This document shows, piece by piece, positions 40,481-51,529 of a stretch of 64,000 bases of DNA. The stretch is from Bacteroidales bacterium (GTDB lineage Bacteria > Bacteroidota > Bacteroidia > Bacteroidales > GCA-2748055): the NCBI GenBank assembly GCA_041393235.1, contig JAWKKO010000004.1, positions 7,581-71,580 of the forward strand. The letters run 5' to 3'. Position 1 is the first letter of the stretch; each line of letters begins with the position of its first letter. The position numbers and the translations under genes were made by a program. Below the pieces are notes generated by a model, which was not told where the DNA came from, did no database searches, and saw only the letters and a program-made list of their open reading frames with translations.

Positions 40481-40643
40481 ATCCTAGCCTTTGAGACGTT
40501 TTCAAGTTTGAAAAAACAGAAAAAAAGAGCGCTCTTTTCTGCCAAATGGAGCCAAATGAAGTCCATTTTTTTGAAAATAGTCGAATTTTACATTTCTTTG
40601 CACTGCTAAAAATAATCATTATTATTCATTAAAATTTAAAGTC

Positions 40644-40880
40644 ATGTCTGACATTGCATCGAGAGTAAAAGCCATCATCGTAGACAAATTGGGTGTTGAT
40701 GAGAATGAAGTCACTCCGGAAGCCAGTTTCACCAACGACCTGGGTGCCGACTCTCTGGACACTGTTGAGCTGATCATGGAATTCGAAAAAGAATTCAACA
40801 TGGGCATCCCCGACGATCAGGCTGAGAGCATTTCCACTGTCGGAGAGGCGATTAAGTACATCGAAGAAAACGCTGAATAA
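40644..40880 (+). CDS. acpP: acyl carrier protein
   Basis: 78 aa with the [11 protein letters not shown] phosphopantetheine site. Confidence 0.96.
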   Translation: MSDIASRVKAIIVDKLGVDENEVTPEASFTNDLGADSLDTVELIMEFEKEFNMGIPDDQAESISTVGEAIKYIEENAE

Positions 40881-40924
40881 TCAGTATACGCACATCGTAT
40901 TTCGTTCAAACACGTATTGGTATT

Positions 40925-42172
40925 ATGAGACGGGTTGTTGTCACGGGCCTGGGGGCATTTACCCCCCTGGGAAAAAACTTGCAAAGCTACTGGAACGCAC
41001 TGGTCAACGGTGAAAGTGGATGCAATCTGATCACTCGTTTCGATACCGAAAAATTCAAAACCAAGTTCGCTTGTGAGGTAAAGGACTATGATCCGGAAGA
41101 GTATTTCGACCGGAAACAGGCCCGCAAACTGGACCTCTACGCCCAGTTTGCCATGATTTGCGCCCACGAAGCCTACCTGGATGCTTCCCTGAATACCGCC
41201 GAGCACGACAAGGATCGCGCGGGTGTGATCTGGGCATCGGGTATCGGTGGGATCGATACCTTTACCAAGGAATTGGAGGGCTACCTGGAGGCAGGAAAAA
41301 CCCCCAGGTTCAGCCCCTTCTTCATTCCTAAAATGATTTCGGACATCGCCGCCGGGCATTTGTCCATGAAGTACGGATACCGCGGGCCCAATTACTCCAC
41401 CGTATCGGCCTGCGCCTCCTCCACCAACGCCATCATCGACGCTTTCAACCTGATTCGTCTCGACATGGCTGATCTGTTCATTACCGGAGGTTCGGAAGCA
41501 GCAATCACGGAAGCCGGATTGGGCGGGTTCAACTCCATGCAAGCTTTGTCCACAAACAACGAGGAATACAAAAGCGCTTCCCGGCCTTTCGATGCCTCGC
41601 GGGACGGTTTTGTCATGGGAGAAGGCGGCGGCGCCCTGATCCTGGAGGAATTGGAGCACGCCAAAAAACGGGGCGCCAAGATTTATGCCGAACTGATCGG
41701 CGGCGGCCTTTCGGCGGATGCCCACCACCTGACCGCCCCCCACCCCGAAGGGGAAGGGGCCCGACTGGTGATGACCAACGCTCTTCGGGATGCCAAGATC
41801 AAACCGGAGGAAGTGGATTACATCAATGTGCACGGGACTGCCACACCCCTGGGCGACCTGTCGGAAACCAAGGCCATCAAAAACGTCTTTGGGGACCATG
41901 CCTATGCCCTGAACATCAGCAGCACCAAATCCATGACCGGGCACCTTCTGGGTGCAGCGGGAGCCGTTGAATCCATCGCAGTGATCATGTCCATCATTCA
42001 TGGCATCGTCCCGCCCACCATCAACCTGACCACACTGGATCCGGAAATCGACCCCAAACTGAATCTGACGCCCAACAAGGCCCAGGAGAGGAAAGTTACG
42101 ATCGGGATGAGCAACACCTTTGGGTTCGGGGGCCACAACACCTCCGCCATTTTCCGGAAATACACGGACTAG
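40925..42172 (+). CDS. fabF: beta-ketoacyl-ACP synthase II
   Basis: 415 aa with the ACASS active Cys, HGTATPLGD and GHLLGAAG. Confidence 0.95.
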   Translation: MRRVVVTGLGAFTPLGKNLQSYWNALVNGESGCNLITRFDTEKFKTKFACEVKDYDPEEYFDRKQARKLDLYAQFAMICAHEAYLDASLNTAEHDKDRAGVIWASGIGGIDTFTKELEGYLEAGKTPRFSPFFIPKMISDIAAGHLSMKYGYRGPNYSTVSACASSTNAIIDAFNLIRLDMADLFITGGSEAAITEAGLGGFNSMQALSTNNEEYKSASRPFDASRDGFVMGEGGGALILEELEHAKKRGAKIYAELIGGGLSADAHHLTAPHPEGEGARLVMTNALRDAKIKPEEVDYINVHGTATPLGDLSETKAIKNVFGDHAYALNISSTKSMTGHLLGAAGAVESIAVIMSIIHGIVPPTINLTTLDPEIDPKLNLTPNKAQERKVTIGMSNTFGFGGHNTSAIFRKYTD

Positions 42173-42175
42173 CCC

Positions 42176-42862
42176 TTGACAAAAAGAAGGTTTTACGTCG
42201 GTTTGGTGAGATTGTTGGGATTCTTTCCCCGCAGGCTCTCCCTGTACCGGCTGGCCTTCATTCCCAAGTCGGCCCTCGTGGGCCAGAAGGAAGGGCACCC
42301 CATGAACAACGAGCGCCTGGAATACCTGGGCGATGCCATCCTGGATGCCATTGTGGCCGAATACCTCTACACCCATTTCCCGGAGATGGATGAGGGGTTT
42401 ATGACCAAACTCCGGGCGCGGATCGTGAAACGGAAAAACCTCGACCAGGTGGCGTCCCTCATGGACATTCCCCGGCTGATCACCCTGGGCACGCGAAAGG
42501 AAATCAATTCCAAGCACATCTACGGGAACGCCCTGGAAGCCCTCGTGGGCGCCATTTATCTGGACAGGGGATACCCTCTGGCCCGACGTTTTTTTGTTCG
42601 GAAGGTCATGCAGCAACACATGGACCTGGCCCGACTGATTCGAAAAGATTCCGATTACAAAAGCCGAATCATCGAATGGGCCCAGAAGAACCGGGTGGAA
42701 GCTGTTTTTGAAAGCAAGGAGGAACACATCGACCATTCAAAAAGCCCATCCTTTGTTTCCGTCATCCGACTTGGCAGCGATGAATGCGGCACGGGACGGG
42801 GCAGTTCGAAGAAAGAAGCCGAGCAGCAAGCTGCGAAACAGGCCCTGAAAACCATCCAGTAA
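42176..42862 (+). CDS. rnc: ribonuclease III
   Basis: 228 aa with the NERLEYLGDAILD signature and a C-terminal dsRBD (GSSKKEAEQQAA). TTG start at 42176. Confidence 0.92.
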   Translation: MTKRRFYVGLVRLLGFFPRRLSLYRLAFIPKSALVGQKEGHPMNNERLEYLGDAILDAIVAEYLYTHFPEMDEGFMTKLRARIVKRKNLDQVASLMDIPRLITLGTRKEINSKHIYGNALEALVGAIYLDRGYPLARRFFVRKVMQQHMDLARLIRKDSDYKSRIIEWAQKNRVEAVFESKEEHIDHSKSPSFVSVIRLGSDECGTGRGSSKKEAEQQAAKQALKTIQ

Positions 42863-42869
42863 GCCGGTC

Positions 42870-43298
42870 ATGGCAGTTAAAAAAATCCGATTGAATCTGG
42901 CCATGGAGGAGGATTTCTGCCTTCTTGGACTTACCAGTGATGTTCCGGATTACAAACTGGCCTGGTTGATCAACCGCGGCTTGCACATGCACTTCGAAAA
43001 AGAGGAGGATCTCTTGCTGCTTCACAAAAAAACCGGCTCAGAGCAACGGATCTCGCATTTCTCCTGCTCCGATGCCGATGCCTGGCTTACCTACCGGATT
43101 CTCAACAACAGGGCCTGCGTGGGCCATTTCCTGGAAGAAATGAAAAACCTGGATTACCTGATCCACATCCAGGGAGAGCTGGACGAAACGAAGATCCGGC
43201 ACTTCCTGCAGGAGATCAATGCCCTTCCGGAAGTTCGCTTCTGTGTTCCGGTGGAGCTGGGGCGGATCCGGGACAGGGAACGGCTCTTTCTCTGGTAA
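42870..43298 (+). CDS. IPExxxVDY family protein (Bacteroidota-specific, follows rnc)
   Basis: 142 aa. LEEMKNLDYLI matches the family-defining (I/L)PE...(V/L)DY block. Family name recalled from memory. Confidence 0.6.
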   Translation: MAVKKIRLNLAMEEDFCLLGLTSDVPDYKLAWLINRGLHMHFEKEEDLLLLHKKTGSEQRISHFSCSDADAWLTYRILNNRACVGHFLEEMKNLDYLIHIQGELDETKIRHFLQEINALPEVRFCVPVELGRIRDRERLFLW

Positions 43299-43318
43299 GA
43301 GCCGAACGGCCTGTAGCT

Positions 43319-44563
43319 TCAGAACAGCCAGCGGATCATGGGATAAAACAGGGAATACACCGGGAACTCCTGGTAGTTGCGAAATCCTTCGTTGTACAAA
43401 TCCGTCAGCACCCGCCCCTGACGGAACAACGGTATGAACATCCGGCCGTAAAACGGAAAAAAGCCAACCACCAGATCAAACGCCATATCGAGGAAGAAAA
43501 TCAAACCCGCCACCGTCAGGTACACCCACCCGCTGGTTTCCACATTGAATCCGGGTCCGAACGTGCTGATCCGGCTCAGGGCCAGAACCCAGATCCCGAT
43601 TTTGATGGCCAGTCCGGGCGTGAACAGGTAGCTGGCCTTGGAGCGCACCCCCGCCACCCGAAGCAGGACGATGGAAAGGGCGGCAGCCACGGCAAGACCG
43701 GCCACAAAGCGCCACAGGAAGCTCGAAAAAGGAAGGGCAATCAAACATACCAACAGGGCCGTCACCTTCACCAGCGAACTGATGCGGTGCATTTGCTGGG
43801 CCTTGCTGCTCCGGGGAAGAACCACCCGTCGAACTTTGTTTTTGTACCCCACCTCATGATCCATGGCCCCCCGGGTAAGGGTCCGGATCTCCAGGGTTTT
43901 CAGGAGCTCGATTCGACAGGGTTTCCCGTCGGCAACCTCTCCGGGACAAAAACAACAGGCATCCCCGTCGTCCTTCCCCGGAATCCTCCGGAAAAACAGA
44001 ACCACGTCCTTCCAGGAGGTGTGCAGCCTTCCCAACCGAAAAAAACGACCCCGTTGGGGAAGGATAAAGAGCCAGGAAATCACCCCTGCAAGCAACAGCA
44101 AAGACGTGCCGAGCAAACTGGCCGGATCCACAAAAACAGCAAGATACACGGGGAATAGGATGGCTCCCACGGCAAAAGCCAACCAGACCACGCGTCCCCC
44201 GTAGCGCAACAATAGCAGGGGATCGTGCCATTCGGGCCGGTTGAAGTAATCGGCTTCTTTCTTCTTCCGTTCCTGATTGACCCGGGCCCGTTGCCGCATT
44301 TCCCGTTCCCTGCGGAGCAGTTCGTCCACATACTGGGCCCTGCGTTCGTCCTCCGGGGAGTCAACCTCTTCCCCGTGCTTCAGCAGGAATTCATAGGATT
44401 CGTTGATTTGCCGGAAGCGGACGGCTGCTTCCGGATCCAGATTCCGGTCGGGATGAAATTTGAAGGCCAGTTTCCGGTATGCAGCTTTGATCTCCGATTC
44501 GGAGGCACCGGGCAAAAGCCCCAACATCCGGTAATGGTCCCTGGCGGTCACCTTGCTTTTCAT
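43319..44563 (-). CDS. J-domain protein fused to a polytopic membrane domain
   Basis: ATG 44563 gives MKSKVTARDHYRMLGLLPGASESEIKAAYRKLAFKFHPDRN (J domain with HPD), followed by about 8 hydrophobic segments. Confidence 0.8.
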   Translation of the reverse strand: MKSKVTARDHYRMLGLLPGASESEIKAAYRKLAFKFHPDRNLDPEAAVRFRQINESYEFLLKHGEEVDSPEDERRAQYVDELLRREREMRQRARVNQERKKKEADYFNRPEWHDPLLLLRYGGRVVWLAFAVGAILFPVYLAVFVDPASLLGTSLLLLAGVISWLFILPQRGRFFRLGRLHTSWKDVVLFFRRIPGKDDGDACCFCPGEVADGKPCRIELLKTLEIRTLTRGAMDHEVGYKNKVRRVVLPRSSKAQQMHRISSLVKVTALLVCLIALPFSSFLWRFVAGLAVAAALSIVLLRVAGVRSKASYLFTPGLAIKIGIWVLALSRISTFGPGFNVETSGWVYLTVAGLIFFLDMAFDLVVGFFPFYGRMFIPLFRQGRVLTDLYNEGFRNYQEFPVYSLFYPMIRWLF

Positions 44564-44587
44564 GCAAGATAGCCAAAGGACGGACAC

Positions 44588-44622
44588 AAAAAAAGCTGTC
44601 CGCCGGGAGGACGGACAGCTGC
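44588..44622 (-). terminator. intrinsic-terminator-like hairpin plus U7 located 24 nt upstream of the J-domain ORF (leader attenuator or sRNA 3' end)
   Basis: The minus strand reads GCAGCTGTCCG-tcctcccgg-CGGACAGCT-TTTTTTT, with a 9-bp perfect stem. Confidence 0.6.
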
Positions 44623-44817
44623 AATTAACCCTAAAACTAAACCAAAATTGCCTGCTACTGCTTCTTTGATTTCTGTGTGCTGCTAACCACTTGTATGAAT
44701 CGTTGCGTTGATTGCTTGATACAAATCTATTTCGAAATACCGTTACAATGCTTTAAAGGATGTTAAAGATTGTTAACCGGCTCATTGCTACCTCATGAGG
44801 GATGCTATCTTTGGTGC

Positions 44818-46407
44818 ATGAGACGCAGCGTCATTTGGCTCATGACCCTCTTTCTGAGCCTTGCCATGTTGGCCCTGGTGGGCGTGCAGGCGTATTGGAT
44901 CAAGCATTCCGTGGAAGCCCGCGAACAACAACTCAGCCTGGTGGTGCAGCAGGTTCTGGGCGAGATGTCCGGGGAATTGATCCAAAACGAAACCGTCATG
45001 CAGATCCTGGAAGAACTCCAGCCACCCCTGGTGCACCAGCAAAGCCAATCCCTCTGGCAGTACCAGATCGACGCCCGAAGCAATTTCGACACCCGAACGC
45101 CGGAAGAGGACAGGCCGGAGGATGAAACCCAGGTCTATTCCCCGCCCCACAGTTCCCTGGTCAATCCGTCCGTCCGGGTGCTGGATGACTCCCTGATGGT
45201 CATCCTGGGGGAGGACTCCAGAGGAAACGACACGGTGCTGGTCTCCGCCATGAATCCCGACCAGGTCCGCCGGGCCCTGAACCAGAGTCTGGCCGAGCAA
45301 AAACGCTTCGTGGACAATGTGGTCCGCGACATGATGATGGAGGAGCAGAGCCTGATGGACAAGGTTTCCCAGCTCCGGGTCGAGCGGCTTCTGGCTCAGA
45401 AGCTGGCCCAACGTGGGATCAAGATGCCCTTCGAGTATGCCGTCTATGAAGAAGGCCACCCTCCGGTATTCCAGTCCCAGAATTTCAATGAATTCGAGGA
45501 TGTGAAATACCACCGGACTTCCCTTTTTCCGGGCAATGTGTTTCGCGGCCGGACCTTCATCAGCCTGTATTTTCCGGATGGGAGGAAGCATGTGCTGCGG
45601 TCGATGGGGATGATCGGGTGGACCTCCGCTCTGATCACGTTCTTTGTGTTGACGGTGTTCAGCCTGGCCATCTACATCATGTTCAAGCAAAAGAAGGTGT
45701 CGGAAATGAAGAATGATTTCGTGAACAACATGACCCACGAACTCAAGACCCCCATTTCGACCATCAGCCTGGCCTCCCAGATGCTCGCCGACAAAAGCAT
45801 CCCGGACTCTCAGAAGAACCTGGGCCAGATTTCGAGGATCATCCAGACCGAGAGCAAACAATTGGGATTTCAGGTGGAACGGGTCCTGCAAATGGCCATC
45901 TTCGATCACGGGGAGCTGAAACTGAAATCCATGGAACTGGATGTCCACGACATCATCGAAACCGTGGCCCAGAACTTCCTCCTGCAGGTGGACCGGCGGA
46001 ACGGGAAGCTGGATTTTCTCCCCGAAGCCGAGGAAGCGGAAATCCTGGGCGACAAGATGCACGTCACCAACGTGATCTCCAACCTCCTGGAAAACGCGCT
46101 CAAATACACCAAGGGAACCCCGGAGATCGGGCTGTATACACGCAACGAAAACCGCTTCCTGGTGGTTTCGGTCAAGGACAACGGCATCGGGATCTCCAAG
46201 GAAGATCAGAAGCGGATCTTCGACAAATTCTACCGGGTTCCGACAGGCAACATCCACAATGTCAAAGGCTTCGGCCTTGGACTCAGCTACGTAAAGCTGA
46301 TCGTCGAAGCCCATGGCGGCAGCATCAAAGTCAAAAGCGAACCCCAGAAGGGCACACGGTTCGACGTATACTTTCCATTGAACAAGCAATCTGAACAGAA
46401 AAAATGA
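44818..46407 (+). CDS. two-component sensor histidine kinase
   Basis: ATG 44818 gives MRRSVIWLMTLFLSLAMLALV.... H-box NMTHELKTPIS; G-boxes DNGIGI and GFGLGLSYV. Confidence 0.9.
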   Translation: MRRSVIWLMTLFLSLAMLALVGVQAYWIKHSVEAREQQLSLVVQQVLGEMSGELIQNETVMQILEELQPPLVHQQSQSLWQYQIDARSNFDTRTPEEDRPEDETQVYSPPHSSLVNPSVRVLDDSLMVILGEDSRGNDTVLVSAMNPDQVRRALNQSLAEQKRFVDNVVRDMMMEEQSLMDKVSQLRVERLLAQKLAQRGIKMPFEYAVYEEGHPPVFQSQNFNEFEDVKYHRTSLFPGNVFRGRTFISLYFPDGRKHVLRSMGMIGWTSALITFFVLTVFSLAIYIMFKQKKVSEMKNDFVNNMTHELKTPISTISLASQMLADKSIPDSQKNLGQISRIIQTESKQLGFQVERVLQMAIFDHGELKLKSMELDVHDIIETVAQNFLLQVDRRNGKLDFLPEAEEAEILGDKMHVTNVISNLLENALKYTKGTPEIGLYTRNENRFLVVSVKDNGIGISKEDQKRIFDKFYRVPTGNIHNVKGFGLGLSYVKLIVEAHGGSIKVKSEPQKGTRFDVYFPLNKQSEQKK

Positions 46408-47102
46408 ACGATATCAAAACGCGCATCCTGCTGGCCGAAGACGATGAAAACCTGGGGTCCCTCCTCCAGGAATACCTCCAGGCCAAGAATTACGAAACCG
46501 ACTGGGTCACCAATGGGGAAAAAGCATTCCGTCACTTCGAGCAATTTCACTACGATCTGTGCCTGCTGGATGTGATGATGCCCATCAAGGACGGATTCAC
46601 CCTGGCCTCGGAAATCCGGATGCTCAACAGCGAAATTCCCCTCATTTTCCTGACCGCCAAATCCATGAAGGAAGATGTGCTGGAAGGATTCTCTCTTGGA
46701 GCCGACGACTACCTCACCAAACCTTTTTCCATGGAGGAACTTCTCTTTCGCATCGAAGCCATTCTGCGGAGAACGAAGGGGACCAAAAGCGGGGAACGGG
46801 ACAACTGGAAAATCGGGAGCTTTGCCTTCGATTCAAAGAAACAGGTCCTGAGCCGTTCCGGGTCCGAGCAGAAACTCACCACCAAGGAATCGGAGCTGCT
46901 GAAGCTCCTGTGCAACAACATCAACCAGGTCCTCGAACGCAACTTTGCCCTGAAGGCCATCTGGATCGACGACAACTACTTCAACGCCCGCAGCATGGAC
47001 GTTTACATCACCAAATTGCGAAAGTACCTGAAAGCCGATCCCAACGTGCAGATCATCAATGTACACGGCAAGGGATACAAACTTGTGGTGGATGAGGTTT
47101 AA
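46404..47102 (+). CDS. OmpR/PhoB-family response regulator
   Basis: 232 aa with a receiver domain ([10 protein letters not shown]) and a winged-helix output (VHGKGYKL). 4-nt overlap with the kinase gene. Confidence 0.92.
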   Translation: MNDIKTRILLAEDDENLGSLLQEYLQAKNYETDWVTNGEKAFRHFEQFHYDLCLLDVMMPIKDGFTLASEIRMLNSEIPLIFLTAKSMKEDVLEGFSLGADDYLTKPFSMEELLFRIEAILRRTKGTKSGERDNWKIGSFAFDSKKQVLSRSGSEQKLTTKESELLKLLCNNINQVLERNFALKAIWIDDNYFNARSMDVYITKLRKYLKADPNVQIINVHGKGYKLVVDEV

Positions 47103-48886
47103 TCCAGCTTGAGGACCGCAAGGAAGGCCGATTGGGGAACCTCAATGTTGCCCACCTGCCGCATCCGCTTCTTTCCTCGCTTCTGCTTTTCCAGAAGTTT
47201 CCGCTTCCGGGTGATGTCGCCCCCGTAGCATTTCGCCGTCACATCCTTGCGGACCGCCTTCACCGTCTCCCGGGCAATGACCTTGGCTCCGATGGCGGCC
47301 TGGATGGCAACCTCGTACTGCTGACGGGGAATGAGTTCCTTGAGTTTCACGCAGATCCGGCGTCCGAAGTCATAGGCGTTGCTCCGGTGAATCAGGGTGG
47401 ACAGAGCGTCGACCATTTCCCCGTTGAGCAGGATGTCGAGCTTCACCAGATCTGCCTTCTGGTATCCGCTGGGATGGTAATCGAAGGAAGCGTAGCCCTT
47501 GGAGATGCTTTTGAGCTTGTCGTAGAAGTCAAACACAATCTCGGCCAGAGGCATTTCAAAGGTCAGTTCCACCCGGTTGCTGGTCAGGTAGACCTGGTTT
47601 TTCAACACGCCCCTCTTGTCGAGACAGAGGGTCATGATCGATCCCACGTAATCGGCCTGGGAGATCACCTGGGCCTTGATGTAAGGTTCCTCGATGTGAT
47701 CGATGGCCGTGATGGCGGGAAGACCGGAGGGATTGTGCACCTCGAGGAGTTCTCCCTTGGTGGTGGCCACCTTGAAGGACACGTTGGGAACCGTGGTGAT
47801 CACATCCATGTCGAATTCCCGGTCGAGGCGTTCCTGGATGATTTCCATGTGGAGAAGGCCAAGGAACCCGCAGCGGAAGCCAAACCCTAGGGCGGCGGAG
47901 GATTCCGGGATGAAGGTAAGGGACGCATCGTTGAGCTGCAGCTTTTCAATGGAGGCCCGGAGGTCCTCGTAGTCATCCGCATCCACCGGGTAGATTCCGG
48001 CGAACACCATGGGCTTCACGTCTTCGAAGCCGGAGATTGCCTTCGAGCAGGGCCGGTCGCGGTGGGTGATGGTGTCCCCGACCTTGACTTCCCTTGAGGT
48101 CTTGATTCCGGAAATGATGTATCCCACATCACCGGCAGATAGCTCGTTTCTGGGTTCCGTTCCCAGCTTCAGCACCCCGATCTCATCGGCATCGTATTCC
48201 TTGCCGGTGGCCACGAATTTCACCATGTCCTTGGTCCGGATGGTCCCGTTCATGATCCGGAAGTAGGCAAAGATCCCCCGGAAGGAGTTGAACACGGAGT
48301 CGAAGATCAGCGCCTGAAGGGGCGCTGCCGGATCCCCGGTGGGGGGAGGTATCTTGTGGATGATGGCCGCGAGGATTTCCTCCACCCCCCGGCCGGTCTT
48401 GCCGCTGGCTTCGATGATGTCGGACCGGTCGCACCCGATCAGGTCTTCGATCTGGTCTTTCACATCCTCGGGCATGGCGGCATCCATGTCCATTTTGTTG
48501 AGAATCGGAATGATTTCCAGGTCATGATCAATGGCCTGGTACAGGTTGGAGATGGTCTGGGCCTGGATCCCCTGGGTGGCATCCACCACCAGGAGGGCTC
48601 CCTCACAGGCGGCGATGGACCGGCTGACTTCATAGGAGAAATCCACATGGCCCGGGGTGTCGATCAGGTTCAGGACATAGCGCTTTCCTTCGTGCATGTG
48701 AACCATCTGGATCGCATGGCTCTTGATGGTGATGCCCCGCTCTCTCTCCAGCTCCATGCTGTCCAGGACCTGGTCCTTGAAATCCCGCTCACTCAACGTT
48801 CCCGTGTGCATCAGCAGGCGGTCGGCCAGGGTGCTCTTTCCGTGGTCGATGTGGGCGATGATGCAAAAATTACGAATGTGGTCCAT
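47099..48886 (-). CDS. lepA: translation elongation factor 4 (LepA)
   Basis: ATG 48886 gives [24 protein letters not shown]...; the track start 48892 is TTG. Confidence 0.95.
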   Translation of the reverse strand: MDHIRNFCIIAHIDHGKSTLADRLLMHTGTLSERDFKDQVLDSMELERERGITIKSHAIQMVHMHEGKRYVLNLIDTPGHVDFSYEVSRSIAACEGALLVVDATQGIQAQTISNLYQAIDHDLEIIPILNKMDMDAAMPEDVKDQIEDLIGCDRSDIIEASGKTGRGVEEILAAIIHKIPPPTGDPAAPLQALIFDSVFNSFRGIFAYFRIMNGTIRTKDMVKFVATGKEYDADEIGVLKLGTEPRNELSAGDVGYIISGIKTSREVKVGDTITHRDRPCSKAISGFEDVKPMVFAGIYPVDADDYEDLRASIEKLQLNDASLTFIPESSAALGFGFRCGFLGLLHMEIIQERLDREFDMDVITTVPNVSFKVATTKGELLEVHNPSGLPAITAIDHIEEPYIKAQVISQADYVGSIMTLCLDKRGVLKNQVYLTSNRVELTFEMPLAEIVFDFYDKLKSISKGYASFDYHPSGYQKADLVKLDILLNGEMVDALSTLIHRSNAYDFGRRICVKLKELIPRQQYEVAIQAAIGAKVIARETVKAVRKDVTAKCYGGDITRKRKLLEKQKRGKKRMRQVGNIEVPQSAFLAVLKLD

Positions 48887-48945
48887 GTACAACCTCCTGG
48901 TTTCTCAGCGCAAAGATAACAAAGCGGAACAAACTAAAAACAAGA

Positions 48946-48976
48946 AGAAAGGGCCGGCCCGAAGCCAACCCTTTCT
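48946..48976 (-). terminator. candidate terminator downstream of groEL
   Basis: 8-bp stem AGAAAGGG/CCCTTTCT with a 15-nt loop and a T-rich tail on the minus strand. It lies 120 nt past the groEL stop. Confidence 0.4.
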
Positions 48977-49096
48977 TTCTATCCCAAGCACCCGCAATGG
49001 GTGCCTGTGGAGACCGGGGCAAGGGGCTTTCCTGACGGGCCTATAATTTTCATTTCCGAAAATTTCAGCCCGGAAGGGAATGCCCCTTGTCGGATC

Positions 49097-50746
<1,650 letters not shown>

Positions 50747-50750
50747 TTAC

Positions 50751-51032
50751 TTATTCAGCAATGAACAACACATCATTCTGGGAAATGAGAAGATAATCTT
50801 CCTCATTGATGGTGAGTTCCTGACCGGCGAATTTGCCATAGAGCACTTTGTTTCCAACTTTGATCTCCATGGGTTCATCCTTTTTTGCTGCGCCCACCAT
50901 TACCACCGTTCCGTGCTGGGGTTTTTCCTTGGCGGTATCGGGAATGATGATGCCGCTGGAGGTCTTCTCTTCTGCCGCCGAGGGCTTCACAAGAACCTTT
51001 CCTGCAAGGATTTTTCCTTTTAGTTCTGCCAT
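50751..51032 (-). CDS. groES: co-chaperonin GroES
   Basis: 93 aa, ...ILVKPSAAEEKTSSGIIIPDTAKEKP.... Confidence 0.96.
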   Translation of the reverse strand: MAELKGKILAGKVLVKPSAAEEKTSSGIIIPDTAKEKPQHGTVVMVGAAKKDEPMEIKVGNKVLYGKFAGQELTINEEDYLLISQNDVLFIAE

Positions 51033-51081
51033 TTTTTACGTTTCGTTATAAGTTCGACATTATCAAAATCGCTTTCTCATT

Positions 51082-51097
51082 AGCGAATTTTGTGCCA
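51082..51097 (-). promoter_or_regulatory. candidate sigma-54 (-24/-12) promoter upstream of groES
   Basis: The minus strand reads TGGCACAAAATTCGCT versus the consensus TGGCACG-N4-TTGCW. The GG and GC dinucleotides have correct spacing. The predicted start lies about 40 nt before the groES ATG. Confidence 0.4.
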
Positions 51098-51109
51098 AAG
51101 GCGGAAAGC

Positions 51110-51149
51110 AAAAAAAAAGTGTCAGTACCATGACATACTGACACTTTTC
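51110..51149 (-). terminator. intrinsic terminator after secG
   Basis: Perfect 10-bp stem AGTGTCAGTA/TACTGACACT with an 8-nt loop, followed on the minus strand by T9. Located 20 nt past the secG stop. Confidence 0.85.
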
Positions 51150-51169
51150 CGTAGGAAAATTCGGTCTTC

Positions 51170-51517
51170 TTATTCTCCGGTGTCCTCCGTGGGCTCGGTT
51201 CCGAACGATTCTGGCAGATCGATGGTCTGGGAGGGATTCTCCATGACAGTTTCGTCGAACTGACCCTGCAAACGGGAGTTGGCATTTTCGCCGGCTTTGG
51301 GAATGGTGATGCCTGCCAAAAGGCTCAGGACGATCAAAACAGCACCCAGAGTCCAGGTAGCCTTCTCCAGAAAGTCGGCGGTCTTGCGAACACCCATGTA
51401 CTGGTTGGAAGAGGAGAAATTCGATGCCAGCCCGCCGCCCTTTGAATTCTGGACGAGCACGATCAGGATGGTGAAGATGCAGGTGACAACGATCAGTACT
51501 GTGAATACGACAAACAT
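51170..51517 (-). CDS. secG: preprotein translocase subunit SecG
   Basis: 115 aa, MFVVFTVLIVVTCIFTILIVLVQNSKGGGLA... Confidence 0.9.
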   Translation of the reverse strand: MFVVFTVLIVVTCIFTILIVLVQNSKGGGLASNFSSSNQYMGVRKTADFLEKATWTLGAVLIVLSLLAGITIPKAGENANSRLQGQFDETVMENPSQTIDLPESFGTEPTEDTGE

Positions 51518-51529
51518 CTTATTGCTTCT

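Noticed and set aside
40817-42736. 639-aa minus-strand ORF
   Set aside because: It lies antisense to acpP, fabF and rnc, which all carry canonical motifs. Shadow ORF.
44806-44813. TATCTTTG (-7-box-like) only 4 nt upstream of the histidine-kinase ATG, implying a leaderless mRNA
   Set aside because: It is a single short motif with no -33 element, and its position could be coincidental. This is not enough to call a promoter or a leaderless transcript.
51033-51110. CIRCE (HrcA) operator expected upstream of groES
   Set aside because: No TTAGCACTC-N9-GAGTGCTAA-like inverted repeat is present in the spacer.
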